A stretch of DNA of 64,000 nt from Bdellovibrionota bacterium (GTDB lineage Bacteria; Bdellovibrionota; FAC87; UBA2466; JACKAF01). How positions within the stretch are numbered: the first letter of the stretch is position 1; each line of letters begins with the position of its first letter. Shown in pieces: positions 19,591 through 27,968 of the stretch. The stretch spans positions 89,726-153,725 of the forward strand of contig JAWKNY010000001.1 in the NCBI GenBank assembly GCA_041391485.1. Direction: 5' to 3'. The translations under genes were made by a program, and so were the position numbers. The notes beneath the pieces are model-generated. The model had not been told where the DNA came from and did not search any database. It saw nothing but the letters and a program-made list of their open reading frames with translations.

Positions 19591-20107
19591 ATCCGTCACC
19601 TACGCTTCCTTTTCCGATGAAAAAGCGCTTCTTCATGCGGCTAAAGAACTTAGAGGCCAGGGAATTTCGCTTATTGATGCCTTTACGCCGTTTCCGGTGC
19701 ATGGACTGGACGAAGTCTTAGGAGAAACACGGAGTCGTTTGCCTATCGTCTGCTTTGTTGCCGCAAGTATCGGCTGTCTGGTTTCGATGTGGTTCCAGAT
19801 TTGGACTTCGGCACAAGACTGGCCGATTAACGTGGGAGGAAAGCCCTTTGCTTCGATACCCGCCTTCATCCCAGTCACTTTTGAGGTGACTGTTCTTTTG
19901 GGAGGGCTAGTCAGTGTTGCGGCCTTCTTTTTCCGAAGTCGGCTCTATCCGGGAAAAACGGCAGCCACGCCCAACCGAAATGTGACTAGCGATGGATTTT
20001 GGATTGCGGTCGAGCATCAGGCGGCCAAAGTAGATGCGGCGGATCTCAGTTGTATCTTGCAGGAACTTGGAGCCTCTCACATTCAGCATGAGGAGCAGGA
20101 AGTATGA
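19583..20107 (+). CDS. actD: Alternative Complex III membrane subunit (DUF3341-type)
   Basis: N-terminal soluble segment FSDEKALLHAAKELRGQGISLIDAFTPFPVHGLDEVLG followed by two TM helices, in the canonical operon position. Confidence 0.75.
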   Translation: MVRSVTYASFSDEKALLHAAKELRGQGISLIDAFTPFPVHGLDEVLGETRSRLPIVCFVAASIGCLVSMWFQIWTSAQDWPINVGGKPFASIPAFIPVTFEVTVLLGGLVSVAAFFFRSRLYPGKTAATPNRNVTSDGFWIAVEHQAAKVDAADLSCILQELGASHIQHEEQEV

Positions 20108-20661
20108 GGGGAGAATGTTCATTGTTGTTCCTGGCAGCTGTGATGCTTCTCGGGGGATGTACCGACGATCCCAAAGAGAAGGGTTTTGAAGTGTTTCCCG
20201 ACATGGTTCATTCGGTTCCCTTCCAGCCCTACTCGAAAAATCCTCTTACGGCAGATGGAAAGACGATGTTACCTCCCGTGCGAGGAACCGTTGCTCGGGG
20301 GACCGAGCCCTATCCTTATGGGTCTACGGACGAGGATCGCGCGAAGGCATCGCGAGAATTGAAGAATCCAATTCCGCTGACTGCCCAGGCGCTCGCCCGT
20401 GGCAAGGAGGTATATCAACACATGTGCCTCGTCTGTCATGGAGTCTCTGGACAAGGGGACGGCCCTATCATTCCCAAATTTCCCAATCCTCCCTCTTTTT
20501 CTACCAAAAGGATCAAGGAACTTACCGACGGGGCGCTCTATCACATCATTACCCGAGGGTCCGGGCTCATGCCTCCGCACGCTTTACAAATTCTGCCCCA
20601 AGACCGATGGAAGCTGGTCCACTATGTCAATGGGCTGAGAGGAGTTGGCAAGAATGAGTAA
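20104..20661 (+). CDS. actE: Alternative Complex III monohaem cytochrome c lipoprotein
   Basis: Lipobox LLGGC, single CXXCH (CLVCHG), distal Met region GSGLMPPH. Confidence 0.8.
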   Translation: MRGECSLLFLAAVMLLGGCTDDPKEKGFEVFPDMVHSVPFQPYSKNPLTADGKTMLPPVRGTVARGTEPYPYGSTDEDRAKASRELKNPIPLTAQALARGKEVYQHMCLVCHGVSGQGDGPIIPKFPNPPSFSTKRIKELTDGALYHIITRGSGLMPPHALQILPQDRWKLVHYVNGLRGVGKNE

Positions 20662-21811
20662 CTTGTTTCAGCTCCCAAGCAAGTACCGAAACTGGGCTCT
20701 TACTCTTGTTGGAGCTGGAATCCTGTCCACGGTTTTGGGATTCATTTTTTCACCGACGAACGTATGGATTAGCCTTCACATCGGGGCGATTTATTTTCTC
20801 TGTGCCGCCCTATTCGGAGCCTTTATTTTGGCCGTTGCGGAGGTGAGTAGTGCGGCTTGGCTCGCCCCCTACAAGAGCGTGGCCGAGTGCATGAGTTCTT
20901 TTCTCATTCCTGGGGGAGTGCTACTCGTACTATCTTCTCTCGGCGGGGCACACACTCTCTTTGAGTGGACTCACGCAGAGGCCGCTCTTCACCATCCCGT
21001 GCTGGCGGAGAAGCAAGCCTATCTCAATATTCCATTTTTTCTGACCCGGCTGATTGTTTTTTTAGGATTGTGGGTGTGGCTCTCTGGAAAGCTGATAAAG
21101 GCATCGAGAGATCAGTCGCCCAATCGGGTGAAGTGGGCGGTGATCTTCCTAATTGTCTTTGCGTTCACCTTTTCCTTTGCGAGTTTCGATTGGATTATGT
21201 CGATTGAGCCGCACTGGTATAGCACAATATTCGCACTGTATTGCTTTTCCGGATTTTTTGTTGCCGGCGTGAGTGTCCTGACCATCGCTGTCTTCGTCTT
21301 AGATAAGCGCGGGTTTCTTTCCGGTGTAATTAACGAAAATCACTACCATGATCTTGGGAAACTTCTTTTTGGCTTTACCACATTCTGGGCCTACATGTGG
21401 CTCTCGCAGTACCTACTCATTTGGTACACGAATATTCCCGAGGAAACGACTTACTATCTGTTAAGGACCCAGAACGATTGGGACTGGCTATTTTATTTCA
21501 ATCTTGTGCTGAATTGGATTATTCCGTTTTTTGTTCTGATGCCACGAGAGATGAAGAGGAATCGGGAAGTTCTCCTCAGGATAGGAATCTGCCTCCTTAT
21601 AGGAAGATGGCTTGATCTCTTTCTCCTCATCGCGCCAAAGGTCTTCGAGTCATCGAAGGTGACGGGGCCTTCCATTGGATGGGTTGAGGTGGGAATCGGA
21701 TTGGGATTTGGAGGCTTCTTTGTTTTGGTATGCGCTGCCGCACTCGGCAGGCGCAGAATCATCCAAAAAGAAGACGTCTATTTTGAAGAGGGCCTACACC
21801 TCACTCAGTGA
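20654..21811 (+). CDS. actF: Alternative Complex III second polytopic membrane subunit
   Basis: About 10 TM helices, in the canonical position after actE. ATG at 20654 is preferred over the track start at 20645. Confidence 0.75.
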   Translation: MSNLFQLPSKYRNWALTLVGAGILSTVLGFIFSPTNVWISLHIGAIYFLCAALFGAFILAVAEVSSAAWLAPYKSVAECMSSFLIPGGVLLVLSSLGGAHTLFEWTHAEAALHHPVLAEKQAYLNIPFFLTRLIVFLGLWVWLSGKLIKASRDQSPNRVKWAVIFLIVFAFTFSFASFDWIMSIEPHWYSTIFALYCFSGFFVAGVSVLTIAVFVLDKRGFLSGVINENHYHDLGKLLFGFTTFWAYMWLSQYLLIWYTNIPEETTYYLLRTQNDWDWLFYFNLVLNWIIPFFVLMPREMKRNREVLLRIGICLLIGRWLDLFLLIAPKVFESSKVTGPSIGWVEVGIGLGFGGFFVLVCAAALGRRRIIQKEDVYFEEGLHLTQ

Positions 21812-21823
21812 GAGGAAAACACT

Positions 21824-22357
21824 ATGCTCGAACAAGAACCAGTCTTAAAAATATTGTCACTGAAGCAGATGGTAGAGGGCGTATTGAAGGAGCACCACGA
21901 ACCTACCCGACAATGGATTGAACGGGCGAAAGTTCTTTTGCGCGAAGCCGCCACGGAGAACTTAGATAATCCACTTATCAACAAGCTAGGGATGTCTTTT
22001 CAGTCATTGGCGATGACCATGCATATGCATATGGAAAAGGAGGAAGAGGTTCTTTTTCCGATGTTTCAGCGAATTGAGGATGGGCTCAACACGGAGAAGT
22101 TCTGCGGAGGTATCGAGAACCCGATTCGAGTGATGGAGAATGAACATAAAGATCTCGATCTTCATTTCGAGCGGATTCGACGAATTACCAACGACTTTCA
22201 AGTAACCCCAGAAACCACGCCAGTGGTGAAGGAACTCTATGAGGTTTTGAGGTCGCTCGAGGCTGATCTTAAAATCCATAGCGAGAAGGAAGAATGTGAG
22301 CTCTTTCCAGCGGCGGTTATGAGGGAGCGAAAAATCGTCGAGCGCCGCGTTGAATGA
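21824..22357 (+). CDS. hemerythrin-domain (HHE cation-binding) protein, RIC/YtfE-like
   Basis: Spaced His/Glu ligand motifs (KEHHEP, HMHMEKEEEVLFP, ENEHKDLDLHF, HSEKEECELFP). GAGG RBS upstream. Confidence 0.7.
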   Translation: MLEQEPVLKILSLKQMVEGVLKEHHEPTRQWIERAKVLLREAATENLDNPLINKLGMSFQSLAMTMHMHMEKEEEVLFPMFQRIEDGLNTEKFCGGIENPIRVMENEHKDLDLHFERIRRITNDFQVTPETTPVVKELYEVLRSLEADLKIHSEKEECELFPAAVMRERKIVERRVE

Positions 22358-23502
22358 AAGATCCCTACCGAATATTTTTCCCTCTTGGACTACTCAGCGC
22401 CTTCATCGGCGTGCTTTCTTGGGTACCCTTTGCCTTGGGGTATACGCAGAATTATCCGGGGACGGAGCATCCTCACCTGATGATCGGGGGGTTCCTCTAC
22501 GTTTTTGCTCTTGGATTCCTCATGACCGCTATTCCCCGCTTTACAGAAACGGCTCCCGCAAGATTCTGGGAGCTCTTGTGTCAGGCGGGGATTATCCTTT
22601 TGATGATTTCCACGGGCACGGCGAGTTTGCTTTCTCCCCAGTGGCGCGAACCGAGTCTTCTGCTTCAGATTGTTTCTTTGGTGTTTCTCGTACTCTTTTG
22701 TGTGCCGCGCTTTCTATCAAAAAAAAGAAGACCTCCCCCGTCCTTCCTGTTCATAGGCGTGGGGATTCTCTGTGGGCTTGCAGGAAGTATTCTTCTTTAT
22801 CTCGATGAAAGAGGCTCCCTATCCACAGAATTGGGCCTGATGGGCCGTTCCCTTTTCTATCACGGGATGATGCTCTCATTTGTCATTGGCGTTGGAAGCC
22901 GTCTTGTTCCGGTGCTTTTGGGCCATGAGGCAAACCCCATGAATCCAGACGTATCGCTTCGGGGCTCGTCAAATCGAAGTATCTTGCTGGGGCTAGCCGT
23001 AGCGTATTTCCTGAGTTTTCCAGTCGAATTATTTATTGCCCAGGAAGCAGGACGCATTGTGCGAGCGGTGGTCCTGTTGTTTGTGTCCATTCGCTTCTGG
23101 AAAATAGTCGTCACCCCGGTTAGGCGGGGTGCGCTTCCACGTTGGCTACGTGTTTCCGGGATAATGCTCCTCATTGGCCAGTGGTGCTTTGCTTTATTTC
23201 CCGGCTATGCCGTTCACGGGGTTCACCTGACGTTCGCCGGAGGGTATTCGTTACTTACGCTACTCATTGCTACCCGCGTAGTGCTTTCTCACGGAGGGTA
23301 CGACCTTTCGTTCGAACTCAATTCTCGATGGCTTCAGGTGATTGGTGCCCTCGTTGCCGGGTCTGCTATCGCCCGCTTCTTGGCGCCGCTCGCACCAACG
23401 AGCTACCTGCATCATCTCGCCTACGCCTCTTTCGGCTGGAGCCTGGGAGTGGGCGTATGGGCGATTCTATTTTTGCCGCGCATGTGGAGGAGGCTGAAAT
23501 GA
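22354..23502 (+). CDS. nnrS: NnrS-family polytopic membrane protein
   Basis: About 12 TM helices, N-terminus DPYRIFFPLGLLSAFIGVLSW, conserved His (TEHPHLMIGGF, HGMMLSF, HGVHLTFAGG). ATGA-type overlaps on both sides. Family call rests on pattern memory, not a search. Confidence 0.55.
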   Translation: MKDPYRIFFPLGLLSAFIGVLSWVPFALGYTQNYPGTEHPHLMIGGFLYVFALGFLMTAIPRFTETAPARFWELLCQAGIILLMISTGTASLLSPQWREPSLLLQIVSLVFLVLFCVPRFLSKKRRPPPSFLFIGVGILCGLAGSILLYLDERGSLSTELGLMGRSLFYHGMMLSFVIGVGSRLVPVLLGHEANPMNPDVSLRGSSNRSILLGLAVAYFLSFPVELFIAQEAGRIVRAVVLLFVSIRFWKIVVTPVRRGALPRWLRVSGIMLLIGQWCFALFPGYAVHGVHLTFAGGYSLLTLLIATRVVLSHGGYDLSFELNSRWLQVIGALVAGSAIARFLAPLAPTSYLHHLAYASFGWSLGVGVWAILFLPRMWRRLK

Positions 23503-25364
23503 GCGCCTCCAGTCATCCTTTAGATGATTGCTTCCTGGGGCCCAAGGGTGAACAGAGAACATTCTTACGCGACATGATTTCCCTAGTCTTAGACGACTAC
23601 ATCTTTTGGAGGAAAAACTACTATCCCAAAGATCCACCCGGATTCCTTTACCGAACCCTCCAGGAGAAGACATCGGTTGAGTTTCGTGAAAAGTTTATTC
23701 AGGAACTCTCATGGCTGACTTCGGATTTGAAATTGGAGGTCCCATTTTTTTCACCTCGATACTTCGCTCATATTGTGTCGGAAGTATCCCTCCCCGGGGT
23801 CATCGCCTATTTTGCGACGCTTTTGTACAATCCTAATAATGTCTCTTCCGAGGCATCTGCAGTAACCACTCGGTATGAGCTCGAAGTGGGTGAGCAGTTC
23901 GCAGAGCTTTTTCAATTCGATATAAAAAGGGCCTTTGGGCACCTCACCTCCGGAGGAACCATCGCCAACTATGAGGCGCTCTGGTATGCGCGGGTCGCAA
24001 AATTTCTCCCGCTTAGTATGGCTTCCGCTCTAAAGGCGAATCGTTCGCCCCTTCCGCCGGAACTGTCGCGATCCGTTTGGGAATTACTCAATGTTCCTCA
24101 CGCTGAATTAGAGGTTCTTTTCGAGGTTTTCGAGGCGAAAGCGATTCAGCTGGGGCTAGATGCGGGCACTCTGCTCAGAGAAAATTCCATAGCCCAGCTC
24201 GGTGAACGGGGATTTGAAGAGAGGATCCGTCAGCAGTTTGGCGAAGGCTACAGAGAACCTGTCGTCCTTCTGCCATCGATGGCTCATTATTGTTGGAACC
24301 GCGCCCTAGGGGTACTTGGTCTCGGCAGAAAAAACATTTGTAGCCTGGCGACTGATGAACAAACACGGGTAGATCCTCACAGTTTCGAGTCGGCACTGGG
24401 GAAGTGTGCTTCGGAAAAACGCCCGGTGCTTTTGTCGGTAGGTGTCGCCGGGAATACCGAGTTTGGAGCGGTCGATCCTATCGACGAACTTGTCACAGCC
24501 CGAAATGCTGCGCTTTCGAAGGGAATTTATTCTCCCCTCCACATTGACGCGGCTTTTGGTGGCTACTTCGCTTGCATGTTTAGAAAGGGGGCTCACTCGG
24601 CTGTTCCGAGTGAGAATCTCATCCCCCGTCGGGTGCAGACAGCATTCTCTGCGATATCGCAGTGCGAGTCGGTAACCATTGACCCCCATAAGATGGGTTA
24701 CGTCCCCTATGGAGCGGGAGCCGTCGTGCACAAATTCGGTTTTTTGAAGGAATTCGTGACTGAACCGGCCCCTTACGCGCTTGATGGTATCGTCGAGGAT
24801 TCAAGTCCCCACTTGGGCCAGTATATTATGGAAGGCTCAAAGCCTGGAGCTGCGGCAGCGAGCGTCTGGTTTACCCACCGCATGATTCCGTTGAACACGG
24901 ACGGCTTTGGTGCACAGCTCTTGTCTCTCTGTGAGTTGGCTCGGACATTTTACCGGAAAATGGAGGCGCTTCGCTCGGTCTCGGGACATGTCGAACTTGT
25001 GCCGCTTTTCGCTCCGGAAACTAATGTTTTGGCATTTATCGTGACACCGAAGGGCGCAAAGGGCTTGTCTTCAGTAAATCGATTGACCCGGCAAGTATAT
25101 CAGCGCTTTGGCGTGCGCGAGGTCGCCTCCATACAGAGTTACGATTATCTGGTTTCCCATACTCGCGTTAGTACAGATTCCCCGTTGCTAGACCACCCCG
25201 TGCTACAGGCGCTGGATAGATCGAAGGAAGTAAGTCTTGAGATCGTTCGCATCGTTATCATGAACCGCTGGCTTTCGGGCAATACGAGTAGCGGAGCTTC
25301 CTATATTGATGATTTTTTGGCTCTGGCCTATCGAGAGGCCGAGGAAATTGTCTTTAGTGCATAG
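23499..25364 (+). CDS. pyridoxal-phosphate-dependent decarboxylase (group II, fold type I)
   Basis: GHLTSGGTIANYEALWYAR, HIDAAFGGYF, and the PLP-lysine motif TIDPHKMGYVPYGAGAV. The ATG at 23499 overlaps the nnrS stop. The 119-codon N-terminal extension in the ORF track lies inside nnrS. Confidence 0.8.
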   Translation: MSASSHPLDDCFLGPKGEQRTFLRDMISLVLDDYIFWRKNYYPKDPPGFLYRTLQEKTSVEFREKFIQELSWLTSDLKLEVPFFSPRYFAHIVSEVSLPGVIAYFATLLYNPNNVSSEASAVTTRYELEVGEQFAELFQFDIKRAFGHLTSGGTIANYEALWYARVAKFLPLSMASALKANRSPLPPELSRSVWELLNVPHAELEVLFEVFEAKAIQLGLDAGTLLRENSIAQLGERGFEERIRQQFGEGYREPVVLLPSMAHYCWNRALGVLGLGRKNICSLATDEQTRVDPHSFESALGKCASEKRPVLLSVGVAGNTEFGAVDPIDELVTARNAALSKGIYSPLHIDAAFGGYFACMFRKGAHSAVPSENLIPRRVQTAFSAISQCESVTIDPHKMGYVPYGAGAVVHKFGFLKEFVTEPAPYALDGIVEDSSPHLGQYIMEGSKPGAAAASVWFTHRMIPLNTDGFGAQLLSLCELARTFYRKMEALRSVSGHVELVPLFAPETNVLAFIVTPKGAKGLSSVNRLTRQVYQRFGVREVASIQSYDYLVSHTRVSTDSPLLDHPVLQALDRSKEVSLEIVRIVIMNRWLSGNTSSGASYIDDFLALAYREAEEIVFSA

Positions 25365-26705
25365 TCAACTCGGCCTCTCACAGCCGGGCCGATGATAGAA
25401 CCACCAATTCAAGAAAGTGGCGACGATAACGAACATTACGTAACCCACAAAAAAACCATTTGCGTTGCCCGACCCAGAGATGACGGCGCCAATGATGGAA
25501 GCAAAGACAAACGGACCATAGGCGGCTACCGCCGAGGTCCATCCCATTACTCCCGCCCGTTGGATCGGATTATGGGAAAAAATCATGGAATACTGACGGA
25601 AGGTGGCCGCATTCCCGATTCCAGTAAGAAAAAACAGTGCCAACATACACGTTACGAAAGCTGGAAATGCATCAAGTCCTGTAGGTGCGAATAGACCAAG
25701 CGAAAACATGATCAATGTAACGGCTGCAAGGCCCACTCCTGTAAACGTTGTCAATATCGCGCCGCCCGTCTTGTCCGAGACGAAGCCAAAAACCACACGG
25801 CTTGTGGAACCTATCAAAGGCCCATAGAAAGCGAACTTCAATGGATCGGGTGCATCGGGAAAACTTCCGTACAGACTTTTGATCATGAGCGGGAAACTAG
25901 CTGAGAGTCCCGCGAAAGATCCGAACGTCATTACATAGATAATTGTGCAAAACCACGTGTGTTTGTCCTTAAAGATCTCCAACTGCTCCTTGAAGGAAGC
26001 CCGGACGGGAATACTCCTTAGCACCACCCAGCAAGCGACGGTGAGAACGAGCAGTAGGGGTACGTACCAGAAGGCGGCGCTTTGAAGGTAGATTTCTTTG
26101 GTGGCAATGACCTGTCCGGCTTTATCCTTTGCGGAGAAGATCTGAGCGGCACCGACGGTCCCGACACCCAATACGATAGGCGTCATAAACTGTGCAAGGC
26201 TGACTCCGAAGTTTCCAATGCCCGCTTGGATGCCGAGTACCGTCCCTTGAAGTCGCTTAGGAAAGAAAAGACTCGTCGACGGCATATGCGATGAGAAGTC
26301 TCCGCCGCCAAACCCAGCCAAGAAAGCCAAGACTATAAAGACCCAAAATGGCGTCGCAGTATCCATCACCGCAAGGCCAATCCCTATGCAGGGAATGACT
26401 TTAATCAGGGTCGAGAACGTCACGACATTTCTAGTTCCGTAAATCGGAATCAAGAAAGTATGAAGGATGCGAAGGGTTCCCCCGGCAAGCCCTGGCATCG
26501 CAGCAAGCCAAAATAACTGTTGCGTTGTGAACTTGAACCCAATGCCGGGTAACTTCACCACAATGGCGCTGATCATGAACCAGGTGGCAAACGACAACGT
26601 GAGTGACGCCGTCGTCACCCAGAGGGTCCTCCATGCCCTTGCTTTTCCCTCGGTCTCCCAGAATTGCGGCTCTTCAGGCATCCATTTTTCTAGCCAGGTA
26701 GTCAT
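25365..26705 (-). CDS. narK: MFS nitrate/nitrite transporter (NNP family)
   Basis: 12 TM helices, N-terminus WRTLWVTTASLTLSFATWFMISAIVVKL and Gly-rich NNP signatures (AGFGGGDFSS, GIGNAATF). Confidence 0.9.
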   Translation of the reverse strand: MTTWLEKWMPEEPQFWETEGKARAWRTLWVTTASLTLSFATWFMISAIVVKLPGIGFKFTTQQLFWLAAMPGLAGGTLRILHTFLIPIYGTRNVVTFSTLIKVIPCIGIGLAVMDTATPFWVFIVLAFLAGFGGGDFSSHMPSTSLFFPKRLQGTVLGIQAGIGNFGVSLAQFMTPIVLGVGTVGAAQIFSAKDKAGQVIATKEIYLQSAAFWYVPLLLVLTVACWVVLRSIPVRASFKEQLEIFKDKHTWFCTIIYVMTFGSFAGLSASFPLMIKSLYGSFPDAPDPLKFAFYGPLIGSTSRVVFGFVSDKTGGAILTTFTGVGLAAVTLIMFSLGLFAPTGLDAFPAFVTCMLALFFLTGIGNAATFRQYSMIFSHNPIQRAGVMGWTSAVAAYGPFVFASIIGAVISGSGNANGFFVGYVMFVIVATFLNWWFYHRPGCERPS

Positions 26706-26714
26706 TACCGTCTC

Positions 26715-27956
26715 CTATAGCTGGGCGACCCATTGCGCGTACCAGAACGTCGGATTGAAATTCCCAAGCTCCGCCTTCAAATATTCCCCCGGTAGAAGAA
26801 CCCCGCCACCAAGTGTAGCGGTAATCTCCTTGGATATTGCGTAGGACACAATGAGATCGAGCTCCGAACCTACAGCACTTGAGGTATTGGTGCCCGTACC
26901 CAACGCCGTACTGCCGTTAAGTTTGTAGGCCGGCGCTGATGTTGATGTTCGCATTAAATAGTGAAAATCAAACTGCGCGGTAAGACCTTCGGTTGGTACC
27001 GCCGTCAGATGAAGCACTCCGCCCTGAATATTTCGGCGGCCGAAGATATCCGCAATCCCAAGGTACTTGTGAGCCAATGGATAGAGCTGGTCATAGGTCG
27101 ACCCGGCCTGAAAGACTTCTAGTCCGATGCGGCTCTTAAAGGGAGCGTCGAAGTTCCATCCCACTTCAAGGTCAATTTGGTAGGCGGCTCCGGCATCGGT
27201 AAACTGAGAACCTGCTTCCTTGGTCGCCTCCACCCGATAGTCTAAGGCTCCAAATCGGTCCTTAACTCTCGCTCCCAACGCAAACAGCTCCCGGTTACTT
27301 CCCGTGGTTTGATCCTGCCGGTAGAGCAAATAGAGATCCGTCGCGCTGAATCCCAAGCCAAAGTTATTAGTTGAGTATAGTCCCAGCAGGTCGCCGTCCC
27401 CCGCTCCCTGGGCCGTCGCGGTAACTTTCGAGGCGAAAAGTTTACTATAAAACAAATCTACTGACCCTAAACCGTGAGAGTAACGAGCCCGAAGGGCATC
27501 AAAGCTTCGTCCGACATTGTCCCAATCAAGGCCGCTCAGCACTAATTCGTCGCCGTACGACAAAAGCTGCCTTCCGAAAATGAATTGAAGGGTTTCGCCG
27601 GGATGATACTCGATAGTGGCCTGATGAATGCCTAGAGAAGTGTCGAAGGTAGCGCCGCTGGTGGCCTGGCTAGCGTTGGTCGTCGTTGTAGTCCCCGGAA
27701 ATTCTGGCTTGCCGAAGGCCTTGGAAAACTGGGGTTGTACGAAGAGGGAAAGTTCTGAACCCTTCGATAATCTTACTTCAGGACGAACTCGAAGGAGAAA
27801 GGCGGAACGCTCGGACGCGTAATCAGTTCGCTCGCTTCTTTCAAACCGCAGCCTCCCTTGCCCTCCGACGGTGGTTTTTATCAAGGAATCCGATTCGACT
27901 CCGATGGCTTTTAGGGAAAGGAGTGACAGAATCCCCAATAGAAATATTCTCTTCAC
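26715..27956 (-). CDS. outer-membrane beta-barrel porin (alginate-export-like family)
   Basis: Sec signal MKRIFLLGILSLLSLKAIG and alternating amphipathic beta-strands throughout. Lies between two narK genes. Confidence 0.55.
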   Translation of the reverse strand: MKRIFLLGILSLLSLKAIGVESDSLIKTTVGGQGRLRFERSERTDYASERSAFLLRVRPEVRLSKGSELSLFVQPQFSKAFGKPEFPGTTTTTNASQATSGATFDTSLGIHQATIEYHPGETLQFIFGRQLLSYGDELVLSGLDWDNVGRSFDALRARYSHGLGSVDLFYSKLFASKVTATAQGAGDGDLLGLYSTNNFGLGFSATDLYLLYRQDQTTGSNRELFALGARVKDRFGALDYRVEATKEAGSQFTDAGAAYQIDLEVGWNFDAPFKSRIGLEVFQAGSTYDQLYPLAHKYLGIADIFGRRNIQGGVLHLTAVPTEGLTAQFDFHYLMRTSTSAPAYKLNGSTALGTGTNTSSAVGSELDLIVSYAISKEITATLGGGVLLPGEYLKAELGNFNPTFWYAQWVAQL

Positions 27957-27968
27957 GTTTCCTCCCTA

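Noticed and set aside
19039-19599. 186-aa minus-strand ORF
   Set aside because: It is antisense to actC, which has clear NrfD-type TM helices. Its composition is basic and low-complexity.
23142-23498. 119-codon N-terminal extension of the decarboxylase ORF in the six-frame track
   Set aside because: It lies entirely inside the nnrS coding region in another frame and has an Arg/Cys-rich nonsense-like composition. The ATG at 23499 overlaps the nnrS stop in the ATGA pattern used throughout this operon.
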